A stretch of 64,000 nt of DNA from assembly GCA_013265495.1 (NCBI GenBank), contig MU058636.1, positions 7,766,295 to 7,830,294 of the forward strand, in the 5' to 3' direction. The notes beneath the pieces were generated by a model that saw only the letters and a list, made by a program, of their open reading frames with translations, was not told the DNA's origin and did not search any database. The position numbers and the translations under genes are program-made. Below, piece by piece: positions 35,951 through 50,454 of the stretch (positions within the stretch are counted from its first letter, which is position 1; each line of letters begins with the position of its first letter). The DNA comes from Vicugna vicugna (Eukaryota).

Positions 35951-38487
35951 AGGAGTGAAGTGATCACAGAAATTGCTATAGCAATAAGGAAGCCTGGATT
36001 TCCTTATGTGCTGTCTTTGAGATACAAAAATGCTACTGTTTTGACAATGTCTTCCTGCCAAAGGACAGCATGGAGTATCAGAGAACTAGATGGGACTTTA
36101 GATACTGTCCAGACGCATTTAACTTTTTTATGTTTCAAGAAGATAAACTGAGCCACAGAGAGGTCCAGTTATTCACCGAAATTCATCTACAGTAATAACC
36201 CAAGGTCTCTGCCATAATCATGGTCTCAGTGGCCTGGGTTACTCCCAGTGGCAGAGCTGGGCTCATATTAGAGTAACTGACTTGAAGTTCCTGGTTCCTG
36301 CTTTCTAGGAAATTACACAGTGGACTATGCAGGACATCCTTCCTATGAGATATCTGCAAGGAGAGAATTCTGAGGTCACATAAGTTGGGAAATGCTGTAT
36401 ACCCACTCCCCAGAGTGGATTCAGAGTAGAGGTTCTAAGGAGGCCCACTGGAAATGTCCTTGCTTAGCTCTGTTTGACCCAAGTTTCCCATGGTTCTTTA
36501 CCCGCAGGATCACAGTTTGCCTAAAATCTATTAAATACACAATTACCTGCCTGGTAGTTTGAGTCACAGTACAGAACCAGCTAGGAGATACTGAATCTAC
36601 AAACTAGAAGCCAAGTCCTGGGTGGTCACCACTCCAAGGAGGAACCACGGGAAGAATGAAATTCTCTACAGCTCACAGTCTCCAGGCTCTAAGACCAGCA
36701 GAACTCTTGTTTCCCCAGAAACATATATCTGATTAGCTCTTTCACTTTTATGAAACAGACAAAAGATAAGTTATCAGTAAAGTTAATATTGAGTATATGT
36801 ACGAACTAATTAGGACATAGCCTTGTAACTATATAAGACATAGGAAACTGGGGGTGAATCTGTCCTAATTCCAGGCCACATTTCATATGAACAGATGGAC
36901 AGACATACAGACTTTGCTTCTTTCACTTCATGTTGGAGAAGACTTTGAGTAAGATACAATGCCACCCAATAAACAGCTCGGGGTCATCTGAGGAGGAGGG
37001 GTGTCATAATTTTCTTGGTTCCAATTTCCATCTAAAAATCTGCAGAATCCAGCTTCTGGAGAGCCCAGGGCCCTTCTTGCAAACTTGCTAATGACAATGT
37101 TTGAAAGACATCTAACATCAAGCCATAAACAATGGCAAAGTCTGATGCCTTTCTCCCAAGGTTCCTAACATCCTCTCAGTTTTGGCTCAAGCTTTCCTGC
37201 TGTCGTCTGTGGGTCTGTCCTGTGGGTTCTTCTGCCTATTCATCTGGCAGGAGCTTCTCTCAGGTGGGTCTCTGGATGTACCTTCCTGCCAACATGCCTC
37301 CTGGCCCTCTGCCTCCTTCCTGCTGTGCATCCGTCTGGAGGTCTTCCCGGACATTATCAGAAAAGAGTCTGAAAATCTCTCTCTTCTGATGCATCCACTG
37401 CCAAGCTTGCTCAGGGGAATAAATGGTTGGATCAATGGCCTTCTCTTCCTACATCTGTTTGGTTGAGTGTCTGCCAGGCGCTAGGCTAGGTGGTGAATAC
37501 AAAACTGGATAAAACACTACTCTTGCCCTTAAGAAATTTATAGTCTATGAGAAGTAAGTCACACTTACAGATCATTTCAGTTATCTGGCAAGTGTTACAG
37601 CAGAGATATAAACTGAGTGTCTGGACACTGGACCTAGCCTTGGAGTTACAGGAGGATGCCTCCTGCTTCCAGTGCAACCTCCTCAGCTAGAATATGGCCC
37701 TGCACCCGGAGTACAGATGGTCACTGAAAGGTGAGAGACTTACTTCCTCAAAGAGAAACACGTATCAGATATGGATTTCCTTTTCCCCTGACTTCACGGT
37801 CACAGATGCCATCCCCATCAAGGGTAACACTCTCCTCCCCTGAGGCCTGGCGTTCTTTCAAACCCTAGAACGAGGAGGAATTTGGGCTTCAAAGGCTCAC
37901 AGCTAGTTGTGTCCTAGGGTTGGCTCAGCTCTTTTGGTCCTTATCTGTCCCTTCTCTTGAGGCACCAGGACAAAAACACTCACTCTCTGAAACCCACGAT
38001 TGTTTATACTGCAAAGAAAGATTAAATAACATTCAACGTAATTGCAGTGTAAAATTTAGTTTTCTATTTCTAAGTCTGTAAAAGTAATCATCAGAGTACA
38101 GTGATCAAGATACTATTATAAACTAATAACTTTTTTTAAAATAACAAACATCAGAGGCTACATATGCAAATAACTGTCACTCCTTTTGGTGATGCTGGGC
38201 AGTTAAAACATTAAAATTAAGTTATCATAGCTTTACATAAATCTCACAGAAAAATCGGTTTTATTACTTTAATACATTTTTTATCCTGTTTTTTTGACCC
38301 AAACATGTTACTGAGTATGATCATCTATCTTATTTCTCTTGACCTTGACTCCAAATTACTTTTGATTTTTTTCTAAAAATAACTGATCTTATCAGATGGA
38401 ATACCATCCCTGTTGTGCTTAACATTCTTCTGAAGCTGGCTTTCCATCCATTGTTCTTCAGATTAGGGTTAAAATCCTTAGTATTAT

Positions 38488-38825
38488 GAGGTAGATGGTA
38501 TAATTATTACCAAATATTTGCTGCTCCTCCTATCCCACTGACAAACAAAATGTGAGTGGAAACGCATATGCCGTACTGGACAGATGCTTTGAAAGCTGTA
38601 TGGTAGCTCACCAAGATTCTTTCTCTTCTGCCATAAGGCTGGGACATCCCAGTTAAAAGTTGTTCCTTCAGCCCTGGTCCCTGAATGACGATCTGGAGCA
38701 GGGTCTAGGTCATCTTCCTATGAACATGTGACATTAGCAGGAAATAACCCTTTGTTGTATGAGCCACAGAGGTGTTGGGGATATTTGTTATCAGTGCATA
38801 ATGTAGCCTACGCTGACTAAGACAC
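38488..38825 (+). mobile_element. Old MaLR LTR (MLT1H/I/J-like)
   Basis: GAAATAACCCTTTGTTGTATGAGCCAC...ATTTGTTA...TAGCCTACGCTGACTAAGACA terminus. Confidence 0.7.
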
Positions 38826-39109
38826 ATGCCTAGAAGGTTTTGCACGATCTGCTGCCCTAACTAGTCTCAAGCACATCTTTCACCACTCTCCCTCTCTTCA
38901 CCATACTCTGTGCCATCCATTCTGACCTTTTCTATATTCCTTGAAACTCTAAACCCCTTCCTCCTTGAGAGCCTTCACAAATGCTGTTTGTTCTGGCTGC
39001 AATCTGATTTTCTTCCTGCATTCTACCATTCCTTCTACCTCACTCCCATAGCAAGTGCCTACTCATTCTTTAAGTTTCAGGGAAGCCTGTCTTTACCTTC
39101 TCCAGGAAA

Positions 39110-42100
39110 AAAAAAGTTACTATGACTGCATTCCATAAGTTCAAAAACTGAATTAGAGACATGGAAGATATAGAAAGAAGACCCACACAGAACTTCTAGA
39201 AATCTAAGCTACAGCATCTAAAATGAAAAACACACCAGATAGCATCAACAACAGAAGTTGTGGCATATTTATACAATGGAAAACTACTCAGCCATAAAAA
39301 ATAATAAAATAATGCCATTTGAAGCAACATGGATGGACCTGGAGAATGTCATTCTAAGTAAGCCAGAAAGAGAAAGAAAAATGCCATATCACTTTTATGT
39401 GGAATCAAAAAAAAAAAAAGACAAATGAACTTATTTACAAAACAGAAACAGACACATTGGGAGTTTAAGATATGCATATACTAACTAATATATATATAAT
39501 ATAGATAAACAAGTTTATACTGTACAGCACAGGGAACTATATTCAAGATCTTGTAGTAACCTATGGTGAAAAAGAATATGAGAACAAATGTATGTATGTT
39601 CCTATGTGACTGAAGCATTGTGCTGTACACCAGAAATTGACATAACATTGTAAACTGACTGTACTTCAATAAAAATATATTTTAAAAAAATCTACTCATA
39701 AAGAAAACTGCAGGTCCATATGATAACACTGATAATTACAACTAAACATTTAAGGAAGAAATAATATCAATTCTACAATCTTAAAAAATTGAAGAGGATG
39801 GAATAATTCTCGACTCATTGTATGAGGTCAGCATTACTCTGATACCAAAACTGCATAAAGACATTACCGAAAAAGCAAACTATAGACCAATATCCTTCAC
39901 GGACATAGATACAAACATTCTTAAAAATTTTTAACAGATCAAATCCAACAAAATATAAAAATAAATAAACACCATGGCCAACTAGGGTTTATGCCAGGCA
40001 TGCAAGGTTGACTTATCGTCCAAAAACAATTGATACAGTTCACCATATTAGCAAGCTAAGAAGCAAAATAAACCCGTCTGATCATTTTAATAGACATAGG
40101 AAAGACATTTGACAAAATTCAACATCCAATCCTCTCAGCAAACTGGGAACAGACTTGAACTTCCTGACCCTGATAACGGTCATCAAAGAAAAACATACAA
40201 GTAACATCACACTAAATGGTGAAAGACAGAATACTTTCTTGCTAAGATCAAGAACAACAGAAAAAAGATGGCCATTCTCACCATTTCTAGTTAAAATAGT
40301 ACTGGAAGTTCTGGCCAGTATAATTAGGCAAGAATGAAAAAATGAAAAGCATCTCAGTAGGAAAGGAACAAGCAAAACTGTTTATTTGCAGCCAAAATAA
40401 TCACCTATATAAAATTCCAATGGAACTGATCAAAAAGCTTCTAGAACTAGCAAATGAGTTTAGCAATGCTGCAGGATATGAGATCAAAGTACAAAATTAA
40501 TTATACTTCTATATACTAGAAATAAAATATTAGATATTAAAACTAAAAGTACCGTTTATAATAGCATCAATGTATTTGAAATAATGAAGGATAAATTTGA
40601 AAAGAGGATGTGAATGATCTGCATACTAAGAAACATAAAACACTAAAGAGAGAAATTAAAGATCTAAATAAGTAGTAATGTCTTGTTCATGAGTGAAAAG
40701 ACTCAACTCTGGTAAAATATCAATTCTCCTCAACCCATCTATAGATTCAATGCAACCCTCATCAAAATCCCTGCAAGCTGTTTTATAAAAATTTACAAGT
40801 CATTTCTAAAATTCATATGAAATGCAAAGAACCTTGAAATAACCAAAGAATCTTTGAAAAAGGAAAGTTGTAGGGTTTAAATTACCTGATTTCAAGACTA
40901 TTATAAAGATGTGATAATTACAACAGTGTGGTGCTGACATAAAGCTAGACTGAAAAAAAAAATCAAATGAACAGAATACAGAGTCCAGAAAGAGGCCCAT
41001 ACATATTTGAATAACTGATTTTCAAGAGGTGTAAAGACCTCTGCTTCAGTGGAGAAAGAATAGCTTTCAACTAAAAATGGATCATAGACTTAAATGTAAT
41101 ACGCCAAACTCTAAAAGTTTTAGAAGAAAACATAAGAGAAAATCTTTGCCATCTTGGCTTAGGCTAGGGTTTCTCAGCTATGATACTAAAAGCACAATAC
41201 ACAAAATTTTACAAATCAACAAATTTGATATTATTAAAATTGAAGTCTTCTGCTTATCAAAATATATATGAAGAGAAGGAAAAAGCAAGCCACAGAGTGG
41301 GATAAAATATGTGTAAAATATATACCTGAAAAAGACGCATATCCAGAATATATATTTTAAAACACCAAACCTTAACATAAAGAAAACAAAAAAACTCAAT
41401 TTTAAAGTGGGTAAAAAGTTTTGAACAGATACTTCACCAAAAAGGATATACAGATGGTAAATCAGCACATAAAAACATGCTTGACAACATTAAGCATTAG
41501 AAAATACAAATAGAAGCCCCAAGATACCAGGACACCCTTAGTGGCATGGCTAAAATTAAAAAAAAAAGTTGACTTAACAAGTGCTGGCAAGCACGTGGAG
41601 CAAGTGGAACATTCATACACTATGAGAATGTGAAACACCACAGCTACTTCATAAACCAGCTGGACAGTATATTATAAGGTTAAAGTCACACTTCCCAAGC
41701 AATCCTACTCCTAAGTGTTAACCAAGGGAAATGAGAGCATACATTCACACAAAGACCTATACACATTTTTGTAGCGGTTTTATTCATAATCATCAAAACA
41801 CTGAAGATACCTAAATGTCCTTCAACAAATGAATCATAAACAAAATACAGGCTATCCACACAACAGACTACTACTTAGGAAGAAAAAGGAATTAGCTATT
41901 CATTTATGCAATAACATGGATGAATGTTATTATGTCAAAATAGTTATGATGAGTTCAAAAAATTATTAGTTAAAGGGGGAAAAATATGTACTGTATGATT
42001 CAATTTACACAAAATTTGAGAAAATGCAAACTCTATAGTAACACAAAGCATATCATTGGTTTCTTGGAGGGACCAGAAAGGGGCCAGAAAAGGGAAGAAA
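39110..42100 (+). mobile_element. Old LINE-1 (ORF1 remnant, ORF2 RT to 3'UTR), interrupted by a younger L1
   Basis: ORF2-like peptide NITLNGERQNTFLLRSRT...IVLEVLASIIRQE; AACTATAGACCAATATCC (NYRPIS) near 39878; old-L1 3'UTR to ~42100. Confidence 0.9.
39254..39690 (+). mobile_element. Younger L1 3' end nested in the old L1
   Basis: GCCATTTGAAGCAACATGGATGGACCTGGAG...TAAACTGACTGTACTTCAATAAAA; no TSD evident. Confidence 0.88.
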
Positions 42101-42249
42101 ACAGAGGGACTAAACCCCATAGGTAAGAAATTTGTTCATCTTTTTAATTTTTGTATCCCCAGTGCATATTATTGTATCTGGCACAGAGTGGATACATAAA
42201 AAAATAGTATTTGAAAGAATAAAAGATGCGTGTGTGGAAACATTCCTTG

Positions 42250-42450
42250 ACTGGTATTAATGATTAAGAGCATAGCTTCTGAAATCAGATAAATGATCCC
42301 AGCCCACAAACTCTGAAAAACTGGGAGTGTAATTTAACCATATCATGCTTTTAAAAAATACTAAAAAGAAAATATGACTCAACTCTCATAGGTGGTTGTA
42401 AGGATTAAATGTGATAATTTACTTATAAGTCCTTGGTACAGGGTGCCTGA
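42250..42450 (+). mobile_element. MIR SINE fragment
   Basis: CTCATAGGTGGTTGTAAGGATTAAATG. Confidence 0.6.
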
Positions 42451-42459
42451 ACAGAAGAA

Positions 42460-45085
42460 AATCAATCAATATAATACATCACATTTAATAGAATGAAGGA
42501 AAAATATGATAAACAAGAAAAGGATACCCAGGTTTCACCACTGCTATCCAACACTGAACTTGAAGGTCTATCCAGAGCAATTAAGCAAGAAAAATAAACA
42601 CAAGGCTTCCAAATAGGAAAGGAAGAAGTAAAATGATCTCTGTTCACAAATGACATAATCCTATACAGAGAAAATATCAGAGAATCCACAAAAAAAAAAC
42701 CTACTAGAGCTAATAACTTCTGGAAAGTCGCAGATTACATGATCAACACATAATCAATTGTGTTTCTATACACTAGCAATGAATAATTTGAAAAGAAAAT
42801 TAAGAAACTGTTCCATTTGCAATAATATCCAAAAGAATAAAGTACCTAGGAATAAATTCAAACAAAGAGATGAAATATATTCACTGAAAACTACAAAATA
42901 TCACTGAAATATATTAAAGAAGAGCTAAATAAATGGAGAGACATCTCATATTCATGGATTGGAAGACTTAATATCATTAGGATGGCAACAGTATCCAAAG
43001 AGATCTATAGATCCAGTGCCATCTCTATCAAAATCCCAACAGCCTTTTTTTTTACAGATATGAAAAAGCTGACCCTCAAATTCATATGGATTTGAAAGGG
43101 GCTCTGAATACCCAAAACACTCTTTAAAAGGCAGAACAAATTTGGAGAACTCATATTTTCTTATTTCAAAACCTACTTCAAAGCCTTAGTCATGAAAACA
43201 AGGTAGTATTGGTGTAGGATAGACATACAGATCAACAGACTAGAACTGAGGGTCCAGAAATAACCCATATATCTATGTCAAACTGAATTTTGACAAGGGT
43301 ACTGAGACCATTCAATGGAGAAACAACAGTCTCTTCAACAAATAAGGGTGCTGGGACAACTGGATATCCACATGAAAACAAATCCTTACCTCACACTATA
43401 TACAAAAGTTAACTCAAATGGATCAACAACAAAAATACAAGAGCTAAAATCATAATACTCTCAGAAGAAGACAAAGGAGTAAATCTCCATTACTTTGGGT
43501 CTAGCAATGGTTCCTTAGATATGATCTCAAAAGCAAAAGTGAGCAATAAAAGAAAAATAGATAAATTGAATTTTTAAAACTTTAGTGCATCAAAGGACAC
43601 TATCCAGAAAGTTAAAAGACAACCTATAGAATTGAGAAAGTATTTGCAAGTCATATAACTGATAAGGCCTAGTATCCAGAATATATATAAAAAACTCATA
43701 ACTCAGTAATAGATAAATAACCTAACTTAAAAAATGGGCAATGGAGGTACATGGACATTTCTCCAAAGAAGATATACAAATGGCCAAGCACAGGAAAAGT
43801 ATCATTTAGTCATTAGGACAATGCAAAACAAAATCACAAGAGATACCACTTCACACCCACTAGGATGGCAATAATGAAACAAAGAGGAAAATTAATGTTA
43901 TCAAGGATATGGAGAAATTGGAACCCTAATCATTGCTAGTAGGAATGTAAAATGTTTCAGCTGCTATGGAGAGCAGCTTGGAGTTTCCTTTAAAAACTAA
44001 ATGTAGAATTACTGTATAACCCAGAAACTCTCCTCCCAGGTATACACCCTCAAAGAATTAAAAACAAGTACATATAATGGAAACAGCCTAAATGTCCATC
44101 AACAGATGACTGGATAAAGAAGATGTGGTATATTTATACAATACTACTCAGCCATAAAAACCGACAACATAATGCCATTTGTAGCAACACGGATGTTCCT
44201 GGAGAATGTCATTCTAAGTGAAGTAAGCCAGAAAGAGAAAGAAAAATAATACCATATGACTTATATGTGGAATCTAACAAACAAACAAACAAAACAGAAA
44301 TACAAAACAGAAACAGACTCATAAACATAGAATACAAACTTGTGGTTGCCAAGGGAGTGGGGGTGGGAAGGGACAGACTGGGATTCCAAAATTGTAGAAT
44401 AGATAAACAAGATTATACTGTATAGCACAGGGAAATATATACAAGATCTTATGGTAGCTCACAGAGAAAAAAATGTGACAATGAATTATATACACCTTCA
44501 TGTATAACTGAAAAATTGTGCTCTACAGTGAAATTTGACACAATATTGTAAAATGATTATAAATCAATAAAAACTGTTAAAAAACAAGTACATATATACA
44601 TTCATATTTATAACAGCATTATTTGCAATAGCCAAAGCTGGAAACATCCCAAATGTTTATCAATAGATGAATGGCTAAACAAACCATGGTATATTCCTAC
44701 AATGGAACGTTACTTAGCCATAAAAAGAAACGGAGTACTGATAGGTGCTATGACATAAGTGAACCTCAAAATGCTATGCTAAGTGACAGAAGCCAGACAA
44801 GGAAGGTGGAATCATACTGTATGATTCCATTACATGAAAAATCCAGAATAGGTAAATCCATAAATAGAATGCAGATTGGTGTCCAGAAGCTGGAGGGAGG
44901 GAAGAATGAGGAGTAAATGGCTTAATTAACACAGTTTCCTTTAGGGGTGGTGAAACACTTTGGAACTGTTTTACAGGAAGTAGATAGAGATGGTGGTTGT
45001 ACAACACTGTGAATGCACTAAATGTCATTGAATTGTTCACTTTAAAATGGTTCATTTTTTGTTACGTGGATTTCACCTCAATTTT
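42460..45085 (+). mobile_element. Old LINE-1 (L1MB-like) ORF2 to 3' end
   Basis: ORF2 RT/C-terminal homology; 3' end GATGGTGGTTGTACAACACTGTGAATGCACTAAATGTCATTGAATTGTTCACTTTAAAATGG. Confidence 0.9.
44077..44579 (+). mobile_element. Young L1 3' end nested in the old L1, with 17-bp TSD
   Basis: TSD AAAAACAAGTACATATA at 44060-44076 and 44580-44596. Confidence 0.93.
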
Positions 45086-47918
45086 TTAAGAAGTATTTGC
45101 CACAGTGCCTGGCACATTGTAAGCCCTTAAGATAAACTAACCATTAGAATTTTACTGTAGATTTATCTATAGTTGCTGAAAATTTGAAGTAATATAAATA
45201 TGAAACATTAAGAAGCTGAATTTTTAAAATTAAGGTGCATCCATATGTTGAAATCTGCAGGCATTCTAAACCAAGTCAAGGAATATTTAGTGACCATGGA
45301 GAATACTCAGTATGTTCAGTTCAGTATTTGTAGGCAGAAAAAAACCTCAATAAATATTAGATTTAAGAGCTTGTTCACCACACTTTACATTCATCTCAAG
45401 TTTTATGGTAACTCTCCAAAAGCCAAAAAATTCAATTTCTCAAACTGGAACACTTCAAACCCACATCAATTCAGGATTAAATGTATTTTCATAACTTAGA
45501 TTGAATTCAAGTCCAGAAGCCAAGATTTGGAATCTGATTTCCACAATTTGTACGTGAACTTGCCTCTCAAGCTTCGTTTCCTAGTCTCTACTCCCTTTAT
45601 GGACTCTATGTCCTGCCCACTCTCAACTGCAATCCTTTTCTCTCATTCTCCCGTATCATGGATATTTCTCCTTACTCCTCACTCTCACCCTCACATCTAA
45701 TCCATTATTTCAGTCCTATCACTTCCTGGAGGAACCGTATTTAATTCTAGCCTCCTGGCTGTCCCTACATGACCATGGCTCTCCAGAGATTACTCAGACT
45801 TCTCATTCTGTCTGGTGTTGTGATTATTCCAGCACACGTCTTATTTCCCCTGCCAGACCAGGGCTGCGGCTTACTCATATTTATCATGCCTAAGGCATCT
45901 GGCAGACCTCTCTGCTCTGGTCGTAGTAGGTGTTCAACAAATGTTTATGAAATTGAATGGGATTTCTGAAACAGATGGATAACTGATTTATGCCAGGGCA
46001 TAAATGCAAACTGTTTCCTGTAGCGCCTATGTTTAAACAGACAGCGCTGTGCTCTCGGCATGGTAAATGCTGCCACAGGCTTATTCCACACAGCACTCGT
46101 CAACACTGAAGTACAACATCATGGGGACCTGGAATGGGCCAGCTGGAGATGGTTTACAATTTATGGACAAGTCACCATTAGCATTTACCACTTTTCACTT
46201 CAAATCACAATCAAGATTCCCTTTCTTCTCTGATGCTCATCCATCCAGAGGGCTCTTCTCATAATCATATGCTCTGACCACCAGATAACTAGATACACCA
46301 AAGTCACTGTCCTATGTCTGCAATATAGAGGTTATGATTCACCAATTCAATGTTAGTTATGTTCTTTGGTTTGATTTACTGATTCCTCTGTTTGACATTT
46401 GAATGATGAGAGGTCTCCTTAGGGACTAGAAAGCCAAAAATTTTTCTCCTATATTAAATTTGTGCAGAGCTAACTTTAAGGCAGACCGTTGGAGTAGGGC
46501 AGACTGCCAGGGTGACAAAACACCACTGTGTTTTAAAATGGGGACTGTTAATTTGTATTTTTGGTGAGTTATAACTTGTCTTATTCCCTCGAGCTAGACA
46601 GCACCCTGTAGATGACAGAATAATAGAAACTATAATAATTAATAGAAATAGTAGTAGTAGAACTAGTAATAATGCAGTAGAAATAATAATAATAAATACT
46701 CCTCCCCAGCTGACCAAGTTGTATATATATCTGCAAGTGATACCACCAGCCCAGCACGCTTCCAACTGACTCACGTAGGCAGTGTTCAGCAGAATTCTGA
46801 AGTTAAACAGTACCTCACCTAATGCTGTTTACTGGCGATGAGGTATTCATTTTAATACCTAAAATGGAAAACTTTTAATATGCCTCTCAAGATAAATGAA
46901 TCAGTACTCAGCATATACTAAGAACTCAGAAAATATTAGCCTCTTATTATTCAACTGTGAAAAGAAAAATTATGAGCTGAAAGATAACTACAAATAAGTT
47001 AAAATGTTATGTTCTGTACATTTACTATATCTTTTATGATAGAAAAGCAGTTTCTTTCTGCTCCATGAAATGTGTTAATCAAATATTTCAAGGGTATATA
47101 GGTTTTTAAAAGGCAACAAATTATTAGTCTTCCTGAGGTGCACACAATGCCTCAGCCCAACCCTGAAGGTGCTCAGTACGGTTCACAATATAAATAAGTA
47201 AATATTAAAGAATATCAATCTCTAAAGATAATAACTTGCCAAGAGAAAACAGTGGTTCTAAATAACTTTGTATGTTAAATCAACAGGACCTCCAGTTTAC
47301 TAAATCACCAGCAGACCATGCCATTTTATCCACCAGAAATGATTAAACCCCAATAAAACAGTGCCTGTATTCATCATTACAGATTCATCATTTGTCACTT
47401 CATCTCTCACTTGCTTATATCAAAGAACCTTTATAGGCCAACAATCCCAATCCCGGATAATTCAGAAAAATGGCTTTAAAAAAATCTCTTGAAGCGTATT
47501 CTAGGACAACACTCATTAGGACTGAACAGAAGAGGAATAAATTAGACTGCATTATAACATACGTGAAAATGCTTTTGAAACTGCAAAGCTCCTGTAATTG
47601 TTGGATACTCCTAGGGAGAGAAGAGCTCTCTGCCCCTTTTCTCCATCTCAGCCTCCAACACGACACCCACACAGACACACACACACTTGCTCCACACTTT
47701 CTGTCAAGGCGATGAATTTTTCACCAGCACCCACTTGACTTGGACTTGGGCCACCACAAGAGCAGTCAGAATCCAAGATGACTGCATAAGAAGGAGTTGG
47801 GTGCATCCCCAAATATCCTGGTCAAAATTTTCAATATAGAAAGACATCTAACTCTTGGCTGTTTTGCTTGTTTTTGCTGCTTTTAAAAGAGATTCATTGT
47901 GCCCATCACCGTCCTTAC

Positions 47919-48030
47919 CTTCCAGGGTTCTGACCAATAATGTACCACCCGAGAGAACAAATAAGCAAATGGGATCCAAAGTGTCCACTTTATTAACCTC
48001 ATCATCTCCCATATTCTCCAAAGGAGAACT
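47919..48030 (-). other. Candidate 112-nt internal exon of an unidentified minus-strand transcript
   Basis: Acceptor gtctcctattttttttttaaatcAG; strong donor AAG|GTAAGG. Confidence 0.35.
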
Positions 48031-48057
48031 CTGATTTAAAAAAAAAATAGGAGACAT

Positions 48058-48085
48058 ATAAATCAACTATACTTCAATAAAAAAA
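48058..48085 (+). mobile_element. Extremely truncated L1 tail (~25 nt plus A-tract)
   Basis: TAAATCAACTATACTTCAATAAAA flanked by the imperfect TSD AAAAAATAG(GA)GACAT / AAAAAATAGACAT. Confidence 0.75.
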
Positions 48086-48599
48086 TAGACATGGCTTGAG
48101 ATTCAAAGTCACACTGGGGGGTCCTGCTTCCTCCCCCATTGAGTGGAAGACCCTGAGGCTCATGGAACAGTGTGTAGCCTATTTTACTACTCAAGTGTGT
48201 GGCTGCCAGCCTAGTTGCATGAGGAACACATAGAAATATTCTGTATTTGCTATGCGCAGTGAGACAACGCAAAAACCCCCAACTTTCACATCAGGAAGGC
48301 ATATGTCTTGATTTATTTTTCAAGAAAGGAATGGATATGGGTTATGGCTGGTTGATCTATTTCCACTTTCTTCCCTGAAGCTTCTATGGGCAAAGACACT
48401 GGCAGGATAAGTGCTAGGACCACAGGTGTAATCTGTGTCTGTGGAATAGATAAGCCCAATAGGTAAACATTGCTTGTTTGCCTTAAATTACAGGAAGAGC
48501 AAGGCTTTGAGAGTCTGCCTTTAAATCTTCTTCATCAAATAAAAGTATTTGAAAAAATATTTTCAGGTTTGAATTTAAATTTCAAATGTTTCCTCTTTG

Positions 48600-49175
48600 G
48601 ATAGAAGGGTTTTCCAGAGAAACAGAACCAATAGGAAATACATAAATATAAATAAATAAATATATATACATATACATATATACATATACATACACATACA
48701 TATGTGTGTGGGTGTATACATATATATATGAAAGATTCATTATAAGGAGTTGGCTCACATGATTATGGAGGTTGGAAATTCCCAAGATTGGCAGGGTGAG
48801 TTAGCAAACTGAAGAGACAATGATTTAGTTTCAGTCTGAATCTGAAGTTCCAAGAACCAGGAGACCTGATGGTGTAGTTCTAGTCCAAAGCCCAATAGTT
48901 TCAAGACCCAGAAAGAGCCAATGTCCCAGTTCAAGGACCATCAGGCAGGAAGAATTCTCTCTTACTCTGGCAAGGTAAGCCATTTTGTTAATTAAGACCT
49001 TCAACTGATTTGGTGAGGCCCCCCCCACAGTAAGGTGAGCAATCTGTTTTACTCAGTCTACCAATTCAAATGTTAATCTCACCCAGAAACACCCTCACTG
49101 ACAAATCCAGAATAATATTTGGTGAAATGTCTGGACACTCCATGGCCCAGTCAAGTTGACACACAACATTAAGCA
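48600..49175 (-). mobile_element. ERVL LTR (MLT2-type) with an internal TA/CA microsatellite
   Basis: GGGTTTTCCAGAGAAACAGAACCAATAGGA...TTGGCTCACATGATTATGGAG...GGCCCAGTCAAGTTGACACA. Confidence 0.9.
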
Positions 49176-50074
49176 GATAATCAAATTTCTTGTCTTTGAG
49201 CCATAAGTACTATGGTTCCAACAACATTATAAGTTGCTTACTATTCATATATTCTTATTACAGAATTGAGAAGAAACAACTTGATTGCCTACTTTTTAAG
49301 TTGTTAAATGATCAAAGCAATGTTTCCTATCTTAATTACAGAGTAAGTTTCACATTTGCACTTCCTTACTTTTCCGCTCTACTAAGCCTCTTTCCTTCAA
49401 AGAACACCTCTCACAGGAACTGACAACTGAATATGCAAGCTGTTTTTATACTTCCAGCTCTGGATAATATTTTGATGGAAGACTTGCAAGTACATCAAGT
49501 TACTGCCCAAAAGCCTCATTGAAATTCTGGATATAATGATGCTATTTTCAGTGGGCTCTGAAGAGGTGATAATTAGCTTTCATTAAACATAATAAATATT
49601 AATGCAAGTCAGAAACAAAGTACAGACAGAATTTTACTATAAACATGAATAATGCAAGGGCTTGGTCTATGGGCTCTATGAAGCTCCTCAGGAATGATAA
49701 ATGGTCTAAGGCAACATTGAGGATCTTTGGTTCACATAAAGGAAGTTCCCTTTTTATGTGCCAGTACTGAAGACTGAAATAATATTAATAGTCCCAATTT
49801 CTTTGAATTCAACAATTTATGAATTCAAAAGGAATTGAGGGCTGTTCAATGTAAATATTTTTAATTCAATTTCTTTAGCCTTGTGTATTATTTAAATAAG
49901 AAAAAAAAGCAGTCTATATCATGAGGTCAAGGAATTGCATCAAACAATACCAAATGTCTAGGGACTTAAATACTAATGTACAAGAATTCACTGAGGTCAG
50001 GAGAGATAGGTATCTTCTTTGAGAATAGTTCTCAGTGAAACTCCTGTGAAAGTTTAAAATCGAAAAAAAATTAA

Positions 50075-50175
50075 ACCATAATTAGTTACCACTATATACC
50101 AGAATGGCTATAATGAACATGACTGACCACACTGAGTGCTGATGAGGATGTGGAGGAACTGAAACTCTCATAAGA
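50075..50175 (+). mobile_element. Short old L1 fragment, similar to 50905-51000
   Basis: ATGGCTATAATGAACATGACTGACCACAC...GGATGTGGAGGAACTGAAACTCT. Confidence 0.75.
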
Positions 50176-50454
50176 GTGCACTAATTACGGAGAGACTGAA
50201 CCCAGGCACCTGGTTCTCCCTAGAATTGAGAATCAGAGTTAGGGATGGTCAAGACCAATTAGAATTGAGTTATACTGTCAGTAACTGGTTGGAAAATCCC
50301 TCACACTCCACCCAGCTAGGGACAGACAACTTAAACTTTCAGGGTGTCACCATGACTAATCAATAGAGGAACATTACAGTTTCTAACAACCTCTTCCATT
50401 TATTTAAGTGCTGTAATCGAAAAATGGACTCAATATTGAGAGTTTATGTTGAAA

